From assembly GCA_964016885.1 (NCBI GenBank), contig OZ024740.1, positions 193,192,001 through 193,256,000 of the forward strand: a stretch of 64,000 nt of DNA. Direction: 5' to 3'. Shown piece after piece: positions 26,773-39,159 of the stretch (within the stretch, counting starts at the first letter, position 1; every line of letters starts with the position of its first letter). The notes under the pieces were generated by a model. The model searched no databases and was not told the origin of the DNA. It saw nothing but the letters and a program-made list of their open reading frames with translations. The position numbers were made by a program, and so were the translations under genes. This stretch comes from Eledone cirrhosa. Taxonomy: Eukaryota.

Positions 26773-28029
26773 GTTCTTTGAGTCTCAGTCAATGATGTTG
26801 GTTAACTGGAAAGTGTGTTGAAATGAATATCCAGCCATTACCTGCAGCCTCAGATATTCAGGACGTATCGGAGGGTTCTTGCTGTTCCCAGCAAGCATGA
26901 CTTTTGAAGCGTTCCAAAAAGTGGGGCGGGGCCAATATACTTTAACCATCCCTGGAAACTCTTTGAGATAGTACCTAGTGCCCATGTGACAATCGGGACC
27001 ACTTTGACTTCATGGCAGTTCCAAATCCTTTTTACCTCCCACTTTAAGTCCTGGTATCGGTTAATTTTCACCCTCTCCGTCTCTTGCACTCTCGTACCGA
27101 ATGGGCAGGCCACATCCACAATCAGGCACGATCTTACTTCCTTGTCCAAAACCACCAGGTCAGGTCTATTGTGTTCCAGTTTCTTGTCCGTCTGTATCCT
27201 AAAATCCCAAAGCACCTTCACCTGATCGTTTTCTATCACCGACTCTGGCTTATGCACCTACCACTTCTCAGAATTTGGTAAATTGTTTACTTTGCATAGG
27301 TGCCAGTGGATCACCCTGCCCATCACATCATGTCTCCAGCCTTTATAGTGAGTCTGGGCTAGGTGTTTACACTCGGATACAATGTGAGCCACAGTCTCTT
27401 CTCTCTCTCCACAGATCCTCCACAGTGGGCTAGCCTCCTCCGTGTAAATATGGTGTTTCAGCCACTTCGTTTTGAGGGCCTGCTCTTGCGCAGCCATTAG
27501 CATTCCTTCTGAGCATTTTTAATATCTCCTTTTTTCAGCCAGTTCCATGTCTGTGGATCTCTGAAAACCGTTTTCTCAAAGAAGGTACTATGAAGGGATT
27601 TTTCATGAAGCCTGCTCTTTCTCCTTGTTGTTATTTCCTCCTTGGACATCCCCTGGTCTATTGTCCTCTCTTTCAGTACAATTTTGAGCATTGGCACCTT
27701 ACTATCGGTCACGTATTTGTGTAGGTTGTTTTTCTCCATCCGAACACAGTCCTCTTTGCTGATAAGACCTCTTCCACCCTCAGATCTCCTTAGGTAGAGT
27801 CTATCGACATCACTCCTCTTGTGGAACATGTTGTAGATAGTCAATAGCTTCCTAGTCTTCCTATCCATTTCTTTTTGTTCAGCAACATTCCATCTCAGAA
27901 TTCCCGCACTGTACCTAATAATAGACACAACTCGGGAATTTACTGCACTTATGGCATTCCTACTGTTCAGATGTGATTTTAATACGCTCCCTACTCTCCG
28001 AATGTATTCAGATCTTATCAATTACTTAA

Positions 28030-28034
<5 letters not shown>
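26773..28034 (-). mobile_element. R4/Dong family B, 5'-truncated
   Basis: RLYLRRSEGGRGL, MAAQEQAL, RICGE.EETVAHIVSEC, WRHD, WDFRIQTD..HNRPD, LLGTARTLRYVL; (TAA)n on both sides. Confidence 0.9.
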
Positions 28035-28084
<50 letters not shown>

Positions 28085-28086
<2 letters not shown>

Positions 28087-29680
28087 AGTTGCATTTATCG
28101 TGCTTTTTGTTCATACGAGGTATCACCAAGTCACAACCAGTGACCTCAAGAGACAACAAGGTCCGCCATGTTCAAGAAAGAACATACATACTCACACATG
28201 CATCTTTAGTGTTTAGATTTGTGATGTACTTATATTGACAGAATCTTCCTTAGTATATGGGCAGTTCCCATTAGTAATATCTTTTGTATTTCTCCTCTAC
28301 GCGGGTTTCCTGGGATGTGCGATAAGTAATCATTAGACCCCTTAGGTATCATTCCCAGAACTCCCACAACCACTGGTATTGTTTTAGTTCTCAATTTCGA
28401 CATGTTTCCAATTTCTATCTCCAGGTCCTTATACTTGCTCAATTTTTCAAATGTTTTTATAGATACATTCTTGTCTATTGGAACGGACATATCAATTAGC
28501 AGGCATACCCTCTTTTTAAAGTCCTTCAATATTATATCAGGTCTATTTGCATCTATTTCTCGGTCTGTTTTGATGCTAAAGTTCCACAAGATTGAGATGT
28601 GATCTTTTTCAAGTATGGGAGGTGGTTGATGCTCCCACCAATTCCTTTGATGGGGCAGATCAAAATGCTTACACATTATCCAATGTATGTATTGTGCCGG
28701 TCTGTCATGCCTATTTAGGTATTCGGTTGGAGCTATAGGACTGCACATTGAAATTATATGGTCAATGGTCTCTGGTTGTTTTTTGCACACACGGCATAAT
28801 GGGCTGCATCCATTTTTTATTATGTTGGCTTGGTAATTTTTTGTTGGCAGACACTGATCTTGTGCTGATATAATCAGTCCTTCCGTCTCCGATTCCAGTC
28901 CAGAAGATGCCAACCACTGATGGGTTAAAGCTTTGTCAACATCAGGATTGTTAGATCGTTCTGGGTATTTTCCATACAGAGGCTTTTCTTGCCATTTCTT
29001 AGCCAGTTTCTGTAGCAGTTCTTTCTTTGCAGTTACTTTTACCTGCTTTGCTTTTTCTGTGTTTTCCATTTCAGCAGTAAATGGGACTTCTGAAATTTGT
29101 AGTCCATTACTGTATCTTTGTGCATCTTTTGTAATGGAATATGATTTTTTGATGCTTTCGTGTTTCAAAACGAGTTTGATCATCCAATCATGTGATTCCC
29201 TTAGATATGTAGATAATCCAATTGTTGCAGTTTTCAACGCAATGTCTAACTGGTCTAACCCACGTCCTCCTTCTTTCCTAGGGAGATATATTCTATCTTT
29301 ATCTGCCTTAGGGTGATGCATTCTGTGCATGGTTAAGAATTTTCGAATTTTTGTATCGAGCCTACGGATTTCTGTGCTTGACCAGTTGATGACATTGTAA
29401 CTGTAGGTTACTACTGGTATGGCAAGCGTGTTTATGGCCTCGATCCTATTCCTTGCATTCAATTCCGTTCTTAAGATTGCTCTTACTCTGCGGTAACATT
29501 CCTTCCTTATCCTTTCCCTCATTGTCGAGTGCTTGATTCGGTCTCCTTCACAAACACGTAGATATTTGTAAGTTATTTCTTGACCAAGTTCTCTTATCAC
29601 GTTCCCCCTATCAAGATTAATGTATGAAGTCTTCACCAGCTTTCCTCTGGTGAACGTTGCTTTGGCGCATTTATCTAGTA
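28085..29680 (-). mobile_element. R4/Dong family A, 5'-truncated (468-aa open C-terminal ORF 28230-29636)
   Basis: RT thumb YKYL, GGRGL, CCHC finger, RHD, PD..D, K..KY restriction-like endonuclease; (TAA)n on both sides. Confidence 0.92.
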
Positions 29681-29681
29681 C

Positions 29682-29755
<74 letters not shown>

Positions 29756-29757
<2 letters not shown>

Positions 29758-32700
29758 AGTTGCATTTATCTTGCTTTATGTTCATACGAGTTATCACCAA
29801 GTCACAACCAGTGACCTCAAGAGACAACAAGGTCCGCCATGTTCAAGAAAGAACATACATATTCACAAATGCATCTTTAGTGTTTAGACTTGTGATGTAC
29901 TTATATTGACAGAATCTTCCTTAGTATTTGGGCAGTTCCCATTAGTACTATCTTTTGTATTTCTCCTATACGCGGGTTTCCTGGGATTTGCGATATGTAA
30001 TCATTAGAATCCTTAGGTATCATTCCCAGAGCGCCTACAACCACTGGTATTGTTTTAGTTCTCAATTTCCACATTTTTCAAATTTCTATCTCCATTTTTC
30101 AAATGTTTTTATAGATACATTATTGTCTATTGGAACAGACATATCAATTAGCAGGCATACCCTCTTTTGAAAGTCTTTCAATATTATATCAGGTCTGTTT
30201 GCATCTATTTTCGGTCTGTTTTGATGCTAAAGTTCCACAAGATTGAGATGTGATCTTTTTCAAGTATGGGAGGTGGTTGATGCTTCCACCAATTCTTTTG
30301 ATGGGGCAGGTCAAAATGCTTACACATTATCCAATGTATGTATCGTGCAGCTCTGTCATGCCTGTTTAGGTATTCGGTTGGAGCTATAGGACTGCACATT
30401 GAAATTATATGGTCAATGGTCTCTGGTTGTTTTTTGCATACACGGCATAATGGGCTGCACCCATTTTTTATTATGTTGGCTTGGTAATTTTTTGTTGGCA
30501 GACACTGATCTTGTGCTGATATAATCAGTCCTTCAGTCTCCGATTTCAGTCCAGAGGATGCCAACCACTGATGGGTTAAAGTTTTGTCAACATCGGGATT
30601 GTTAGCTCGCTCTGGGTATTTTCCATACAGAGGCTTTTCTTGCCATTTCTTAGCCAGTTTCTGTAGCAGTTCTTTCTTTGCAGTTACTTTTACCTGCTTT
30701 GCTTTTTCTGTGTTTTCCATTTCAGCAGTAAATGGGACTTCTGAAATTTGTAGTCCGTTACTGTATCTTTGTGCATCTTTTGTAATGGAATATGATCTGT
30801 TGATGCTTTCGTGTTTCAAAACGAGTTTGATCATCCAATCATGTGATTCCCTCAACGCAATGTCTAACTGGATTAACCCACGTCCTCCTTCTTTCCTGGG
30901 GAGATATATTCTATCTATATCTGCCTTAGGGTGATGCATTCTGTGCATGCTTAAGAACTTTCGAATTATTGTATCGAGCCTACGGATCACTGTGCTTGAC
31001 CAGTTGATGACATTGTAACTGTAGGTTACTACGGGTATGGCAAGCGTGTTTATGGCATCGATCCTATTCCTTGCATTCAATTCCGTTCTTAAGATTGCTC
31101 TTACTCTGCGGTAACATTACTTCCTTATCCTTTCCCTCATTGTCGAGTGCTTGATTCCGTCTCCTTCACACACACCTAGATATTTGTAAGTTTTTTCTTG
31201 ATCAAGTTCTCTTATCACGTTCCCCCGATCAAGATTAATGTCTGAACTTCTCAGCAGCTTTCCTCTGGTGAACGTTGCTTTGGCGCATTTATCTAGTCCA
31301 AACTCCATTTTAATGTCATCACTGAACTGCTTCACAGTGGATAATAGCCCTTGCAATTGTGTATCATTTTTTGCAAATAGTTTCAGGTCATCCATGGAGA
31401 ACAGGTGATTAATGATTTTGTCATAGACTTTTATATCCATGTTTTGTTTCATTGAGCATTTTACTTAATCGTATAAGTGCGATGCAGAATAAAAGCGGTG
31501 ATAAAGAGTCACCCTGAAAAATTCCACAATTAATATTAACTTCTCCAGCTTCCAGTGATTTTGTTTCACTATTCAAAAGCAGTGTCGTTTTCCATGTCTT
31601 CATACTGAATGACAAAAACCTCCTGACAACGGGGGATACTTTGAAAATCTCTAAACATTTTTCAATCCAACTGTGTGGCAAACTATCAAATGGTTTTTTT
31701 ATAATCTATCCAAGCAATCGATAGGTTTTTGTGTGTATTATGACAATCTTCCAGTATCATTTTGTTAACCAGAAGCTGATCCTTACAGCCAGATGAGCCT
31801 CGTTTACACCCTTTCTGCTCAATGGGAAATAGGTCATTTGTTATCAGGTGGTCATATGTGTATTCAGTTAGGACTGATGTTAACATTTTATACATTGTGG
31901 TCAAGCAAGTTATCGGTCTGTAATTTTTGGGATTGTTTGTCTCATCATTCTTCGGAAGCAGGAATGTAATGCCGTTAACTAGCCATGAAGGTATCTTTTC
32001 TGGCTCCTTAACTATTTCATTGTAAAGTTGGGCTAACAGCTCATGAGACTCTGTGAAGGCATTTATCCAAAAGTTTTGTATTTTGTCTTTTCCTGGGGAT
32101 TTCCATTTGCTGGTTTTTCTTAGAGCCAAGCGCAACTGTTCAACTGTTATATTTTCCCATGTTTGTTCCTCAAGATGAGCTGTATCTTTCATTTGTCTGT
32201 CTATCCATGGGGCATGTATGTTATGAACTTTTTCTTCGGCCCAGATCTTTTCCCAGAATTCTTGCACTTCTTCCTTGGGTAGTATTGATTTAGCAGTTAT
32301 TGTTGACTTACCAATTTTTCTGTAGAAGTTTCTTTGGTTGTTTTTGAACATATTATTGTCCTTATAGAATCTAGATCGTTTTTCAAAGCGCCTTGTACGA
32401 GCAGCTTTGACCGACACTTCTTGCTTGATTATTTCTATCAGCATGTCTATGTCACATGTTGATTTTATACTGTACTTTTTTTTCAATTTTCTAAGTTTAG
32501 TTTGTTTAACATGTTCACCTACTTTATAGTTTGTTAAAATTTCTATGTCAGATCGGAGAAGGTTTATTTGGCGATTGATGTTCTCTTGCCAAGTAGATTT
32601 CTTGTGGGAATTCCTTTGTTTTTTCATCTTCACTTCTCATAAGTGAGTGGTGACTTTAGCCGATGCATAATAGAGATGTTTAGTGTGATGATAATGATTT

Positions 32701-33645
32701 TGAGAATTATGTTAGTCTTGTGTATTATCTTTTGGTTCTGTTTGGAGTTCTGGATCTTAGGCAGGGCGTCTCGTTGCCCCATGTTAGATTCTTTCATTTT
32801 CATCCATTCGATCATAATTTCATCCTTCAAGTTGGCAAGTTCGTTCTCATTCATTTCTTTATCATTTACGATCTCATTATTTTCATTTGGAGTTTCATCC
32901 TGAGCATGCACTCCCTCCACTTTTTCGATCCTTTCTTTAATTTGTTCTGATGCCAGTGATTCCGCCCCAACCCTGGGATTCGAAGTGTTACAGTTTACCA
33001 CGTTTTCACTGACACATGTTTCATTTTCCCTTCGCTGACTTTGTGCTAATAGCTTGATCTGATCAATTCCTATATCAGTTAGTAACTTTTTTCTTACAAT
33101 ATTTCTTCGTATATTATCTAGTTTGTTACTGTCAATATAGCCTCTGTTTTCGGGATGTTTCTTTTTCCAGTTGATATATGTCTGTTCTGTATTCGATGTA
33201 TTTGATGGGTAGTACATGGCAGTGTAGAAAGCCTCAAGGACTTCTTTATTATCTTCCCTTGAACATTTTTCTCTCTTTTTCTTTGGATTTCTTGGTGGTG
33301 AGCATGGAGGGCCAACAGTAGGAGTATTCCGGTTATGGGAGATCTCCAGCTCCGAAGTGATGGGAAGGTTTGAACCATTAGCTGATTTTTCGACCCCAGT
33401 CTGTTTCCTCGCTGAGGGACGCGGCCCTTTTTTACCCGGGTGACGGCCGATCCGGTATGAGATTTTATCATTAGACATTTACTTTATTTTGTCGCGTTTT
33501 ATCCTTATCCGCCAAGGGGTAATCATTTCGTGTTACCACTTCTAGAACGAGTGTCAACCAAGACTAGAGGGGTCGTTCTCCCCTAGAGACACGGCTATTC
33601 CCCGCCGGCCGCCATCCCGGTATTGCTTGGTCACGGGGTTTTCTT
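29756..33645 (-). mobile_element. R4/Dong family A, near full length, with frameshifts and stops
   Basis: ORF pieces run from 33478 to ~29901: N-term (EAFY..YP), WKSPGKDKIQNFW, NYRPITCL, EQKGC, AWIDYKK, GIFQGDSLSPLLF, SMDDLKL, YKYLG, CCHC, REL. Confidence 0.93.
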
Positions 33646-34039
33646 TTTGTTGTTTTTTTTAAATTGTTATTATCATGAGTGGTTCCTTAATGTGAACATT
33701 GCGTGGCTTAAGAATGAAATTATTAATAATTGTCTCCACTCCAGGCACAAGGCCAGCAATCACCCAGTGCATTACAATAATATAATATACTTTTTGTTGT
33801 AGTTGGCTGTTATTGTTGTTGGCTATGTCGGTGGTGGTGCCGGGGCTTTTTATATTGTTGGTGAGGAACGGGTGATCCAGCAGTCCCATAGTTGTTGATG
33901 TTAACGTTTGGCCGTGGCCAGGTCACTAAGTCAATCTATTTATATATTTTGCTAGTCTCTCCCTTGTCTACTGATACCGCCACCTTCCCCTTTCTCTCTC
34001 AAGTTAACAGGGGAATAGTGGTGGTAGAATTGAAGGAAT

Positions 34040-34555
34040 GGTGGCGGCGGGGAGATGTGGGAGACAGTAGCGGCGGTATCGATACTGAGACAGTGGTGGT
34101 GGTGATGTCGATACCGAGGCAGTGGTGATGGTGATGTGATCGTATTACTGTAGTGATGGTGTTGTAGCGGTGGTAGCAATGAAGGAGTGGTGGCGGCGGT
34201 GACGGGATAGTGGTGGTAATGATGGCAGTAGGGAGTGGTGGTGGTGAAAGTGCCGTTATCTGGCTGTTGTGTTTAGTGTACACAGAGAGGTGATGGGGTA
34301 GGTGTTGTATCTAGTTTCTGGTGTTGGTGAGATTGGTGTTGTTTGGCTGTTCTATATAACGTAGACAGATGAGGGGGGAGGTTCTTCTTCCATTTATAGC
34401 CATTTTCTTTTTTGAATATACAATGTACAATACAAAGTTGAATATTTGAATATTTGAGCCTTATAACAATATATTTTGGGTCCGAATTTTTTGGGGCTCA
34501 AGCCGGATGCTTTACGTAGCATTTGCACTAAGAGTTGTTATTTCACAAATGATTT
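34040..34555. repeat. ~500-bp GGT-rich segment duplicated at ~38560-39040
   Basis: gatactgagacagtggtggtggtgatgtcgataccgaggcag ... ctaagagttgttattt.acaaatgattta is present twice. Confidence 0.85.
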
Positions 34556-34579
34556 ATTATTATTATTATTATTGTTGTT

Positions 34580-37500
34580 ATTCCTTGAATCTCAGTCATT
34601 GATGTTGGTTAACTAGAAAGTCCGTTGGAATGAATATCAAGCCACTACCTGCAGCCTCAGATATTCAGGACGTATCGCAGGGTTCTTGCTGTTCCAAGCA
34701 AGCATGCCTTTTGAAGCGTTCCAAAAAGCGTGAAGGGGCCGATTTTCTTTAACCATCCCTGGAAACTTTTGGAGATAGTCCCCAGTGCGCCTATGACAAT
34801 CGGGATCACTTTGACTTTATGGCAGTTCCAAATCCTTTTCACCTCCCACTTTAGGTCCTGGTGTCGGTTAATTTTCTCCCTCTCCTTCTCTTGCACTCTA
34901 GTGTCGAAAGGGCAGGCCACATCCACAATCAGACACGATCTTTTTTCTTTGTCCACAACCACCATGTCAGGTATATTGTGTTCCAGTTTTTTGTCCGTCT
35001 GTATCCTAAAATCCCAGAGCACCTTCACCTGATTGTTCTCCATCACCGCCTCTGGCCTATGCTCATACCATTTCTCAGAATGTGGTAAATTGTTTACTTT
35101 GCACAGGTGCCAGTGGATCACCCTGCCCATCACATCGTGTCTCCAGCCCTTATAGTGGGTCTGGGCTAGGTGTTTACATTCGGACACAATGTGAGCCACA
35201 GTCTCCTCTCTCTCTCCACAGATCCTGCACAGTGGGCTAGCCTCCTCCTTGTAAATATGGTGCTTCAACCACTTCGTTTTGAGGGCCTGCTCCTGCGCAG
35301 CCATTAGCATTCCTTCTGTAGCCTTTTTGAGGTCTCCTCTTCTCAACCAGTTCCATGTCTGTGGATCTCTAAATTCAGTTTTCTCAAAGAAGGTACTATG
35401 AAGGGATTTTCCCTTAAGGCTGCTCTTCCTCCTTGATGTTATTTCCTCCTTGGACATCCCATGGCCTACTGTCCCCTCCTTCAGTACAGCTCTGAGCATT
35501 GGCTCCTTACTATAGGTCACGTATTTGTATAGGTTGTTTTTCTCCATCCGAACACAGTCCTCTTTGCTGATAAGACCTCTTCCACCCTCAGATCTCCTTA
35601 GGTAGAGTCTATCGACATCACTCCTCTTGTGGAACATGTTGTAGATAGTCAATAGCTTCCTAGTCTTCCTATCCATTTCTTTTTGTTCAGCAACATTCCA
35701 TCTCAGAATTCCCGCACTGTACCTAATAATAGACACAGCTCGGGAATTTACTGCGCTTATGGCATTTCTGCTGTTCAGATGTGACTTCAATACGCTCCTT
35801 ACTCTCCGAATGTATTCAGTTCTTAACAATTACTTCATTTTTTTGTTATTTATGCCATCAGCCTCGAGAACGCCCAAATACTTGTATCCTTCCTCAGAGT
35901 CAATTTCCTTTATCATCTCACCTGTTGGTATCTGGATCTCGTTACTTCTGCTCAACCTACCCCTCCTCATCACAATGACTCCACATTTACTAATAACAAA
36001 CTGCATACATATATCACTGCTGAAAATACGGACAGTGTCAACAAGCACATCCAACTCCTTCTCACTTTTCCCGAAGAGCTTAAGATCGTCCATGAAGAGG
36101 AGGTGATTGATGGTAAGCTCTCCCTTTCCCAACTTGTATCCTGCTCTCACTTTTCGCAGCATAATGGTCAAGGGCATCAGGGCAAGGACAAACAACAGAG
36201 GGGACAGGCTATCTCCCTGGAAGATACCTCTCTTGATCTTCACGCTTCCCAAGGATACTCCAGTTGATGTCAACTCTGTCTCCCAGGACCCCATACTCCT
36301 GCCCAGCAACTGTCTGATGTTATCTGCCACCCTGAAGATCTCCAGGCTTTTGGTGATCCAAGAATGAGGCACCATGTCAAATGCCTTTCTGTAGTCTATC
36401 CATCCCATGGCAAGATCAGTGTGTCTCCTCCTGCAATTCCCCATTACCAACTTATCAATAAGTAACTGGTCCTTTGTACCACGTGACTTCTTTCGGCATC
36501 CTTTCTGTTCGTCCGGTAACAAGTTGTTTGTGTGGAGGTGATGGTAGATTTCCTCAGACACAATGCTCGTCAACAGTTTCCACATTACGGACAGACATGT
36601 GATAGGTCTATAGTTGGTAACATCATTACCCTTGATTCGGTCTTTCATTATCAGAACTGTGGTACCTTTTGTCAACCACTCTGGCACCTCACCCGACACC
36701 AAGCAGTCATTGAACATGGCCGTCAGCCTCGGGTGGAGGGATGTTAAATTTTTAATCCAATACCCCTGCACACCATCTGGGCCTGGTGATTTCCAGTTGG
36801 TTAGTATTTTGGCCTTCCCCTTAAGAGTTTCAACTGTGATACTCAAATCAGTTTGTTGGTGTGCCTGCTCACCGATCTCCTTCTGTACTGTCTCAATCCA
36901 CCCTGCCTGGACATTATGTCTAACATCCTGCTCCCATATTCCTCTCCAGAATGTTTTAGTTTGCTCCGCCCCAGGGATCAAGTCGTTGCCTATTTCTTTC
37001 CCCTCAAGCTGTCCAAACAGCATCTTCTGGTTGTTGTCGAACATGCGGTTCTGTTTATACTGACTGACTCTGTTCTCGTATCGCCTGATTTTTGAACTCT
37101 TTGCTACAATGCGTTGCTTCAGTTCCTCTATGATAATATTTAACTTTTTCCTCCTAGTTTTGTACTTTATTTTCAGTCTATTTTTAGTGCCTATGTTTTT
37201 TAGTGTCCCATTCACTAGTGACTCAAGCTTTCCTATGTCATTTCTCATTTCCCCGATCTGACCGCTCAGTCGTTTCTTCCACCACGGCTCTGCTCTTTCT
37301 TGTCTGTTGTTTCCTCTCGCTTTTATACCAAGTAGTTTCCTCACCGTATTTGCTGTTGCTTTGAGGATATTGTTGCACTGGTGAAGGCTCCTCGCCTCAA
37401 GGTATGGGATGACTTTGTTTACCTTAGCTGTTGTTTCTTTTAACTTTTTCCTGTCTACAAATCTTAGGTTCATAGGTCTCCCACTATCATTGTTCAATTC

Positions 37501-38280
37501 ATCTACCACTAACTTTAGGATGTCAACCGAATCTTGTCCTAGCCCGTCAGCATTCGTCTCCTCAGTGGCCGTATCTCTGTTCCAGGTATTATTTATCTCA
37601 GTATTCAGATCATTGTCTGCTTCGGGTGGTTCCTCCGTTCTCAGGACCTCTTTACCTTCATTTCCCACTGGCTCGCTTGTCTGGCATACTACAACCGCCA
37701 TCTCCAAGCCATTCTCTCTGCTCAGTTCCTCCAGTTCCAGCTCGCTTATCCACACATTAGTTCTTATTACCCGAGCCTGCCCGGCCAATTTTTGTTAATC
37801 TAATTTAAATAGACCAATCTCGTTCCAGATGTTATGCATCCGTCTCCTGTAGCCCCTCTCCTTGGGGTTACTTTTCAGGTAACATTGCATAACAGTTCTA
37901 TTCAATTCTTTCGTCCAGTTGGTTCTGGCCCCTTTACTTCTTCTTCTTCCTCCAACATCAGCAGTATTTGGTTGACAGTCAGGTTCCTGCTGCTGAGCCA
38001 GGGGGCACCTGTTGGGTGAGAGTCTGTCACATGACGTTCTAGTCTCCATTTCACCATTATTCGAACTGTTTATGTTCGATATTTAAACACTCTTATCGAG
38101 GAGTGGCGAATGTATGGTTACATAGCCATCTGTGGATTCGCCGTTCCACTTGGCCCTTGTGTGGCATTATCACCACGCTGTATACGAACACACATAAACA
38201 AACAAACACACAGGCAGAAAGGGCCCCCAAAATGAATAAGCATAAGTTTCATTGTAATGTAGTGTTCGAATGTCTGACTT
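34580..38280 (-). mobile_element. R4/Dong family B, full length
   Basis: 5' UTR ~38050-38280, single ORF, short 3' UTR ending at (TAA)n ~34553-34580. Confidence 0.93.
34657..38049 (-). pseudogene. RT + restriction-like endonuclease polyprotein (~1130 codons, two in-frame TAA stops, no frameshift)
   Basis: ORFs 37795-38049, 35830-37788 and 34657-35829 share one frame. Motifs WKSPGPDG, NYRPITCL, WIDYRKAFDMVPH, GIFQGDSLSP, FMDD, YKYLG, CRIC..H....C, RHD, PD..D. Confidence 0.93.
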
Positions 38281-39107
38281 AGTTTTTGTTTTTTAGTTTT
38301 AGTTTTTTCCCCCTCTTCTCTGTCCGTCCGCCTGCTTCTCTCTTCATTCTTATTTTCTTTACGTTTTTTTTTTTGTTTTTGTTTTTCTCTGTTTGTTTTT
38401 CTCGTTTTTTGCTGTTGTTGCTGTGCTGCTTTGGTTTTGTTGTTTGTTTTTTCTTTTTTCTTTTGAGTCTATCTATATATTTTGATGCCTTCCTCTTTTT
38501 TAGTAGTAGGAATTCTATAATGTGGTGGCAGCAGCCATCTGGGAGAGGTGGAGGACTGGCGGCGGTAGCGATACTGAGACAGTGGTGGTGGTGATGTCGA
38601 TACCGAGGCAGTGGTGGTGGTGATGTGATAGTATTACAGTAGTGATGGTGTTGTAGCGGTGGTAGCAGTGAAGGAGTGAAGGAGTGGTGGCGGCGGTAAT
38701 GTGATAGTGGTGGTAATGATGGCAGTAGTGAGCGGTGGTGGTGAAATTGCCGTTATCTGGCTGTTGTGTTTAGTGTACACAGGTGATGAGGTGGGTGGTG
38801 TATCTAGTTTCTGGTGTTGGTGAGTTTGGCTGTTCTATATAGTGTAGACAGAGGAGAGGGGGGGGGGGTTTCTTCCATTTATAGCCATTTTCTTTTTTGG
38901 ATATACAGTGTACAATACAAAGTTGAATATTTGAATATTTGAGCCTTATAACAATATATTTTGGCTCCGAATTTTTTGCGGCTCAAGCCGGGTGCTTTAG
39001 GTAGCATTTGTACTAAGAGTTGTTATTTAACAAATGATTTAAATATGTTAAAAATTCAAAACTTAAAAATTCAAAACTTACTCCGCCACCTCCTGCGTCT
39101 TCTTCCC

Positions 39108-39149
<42 letters not shown>

Positions 39150-39159
39150 TTATTATTGT

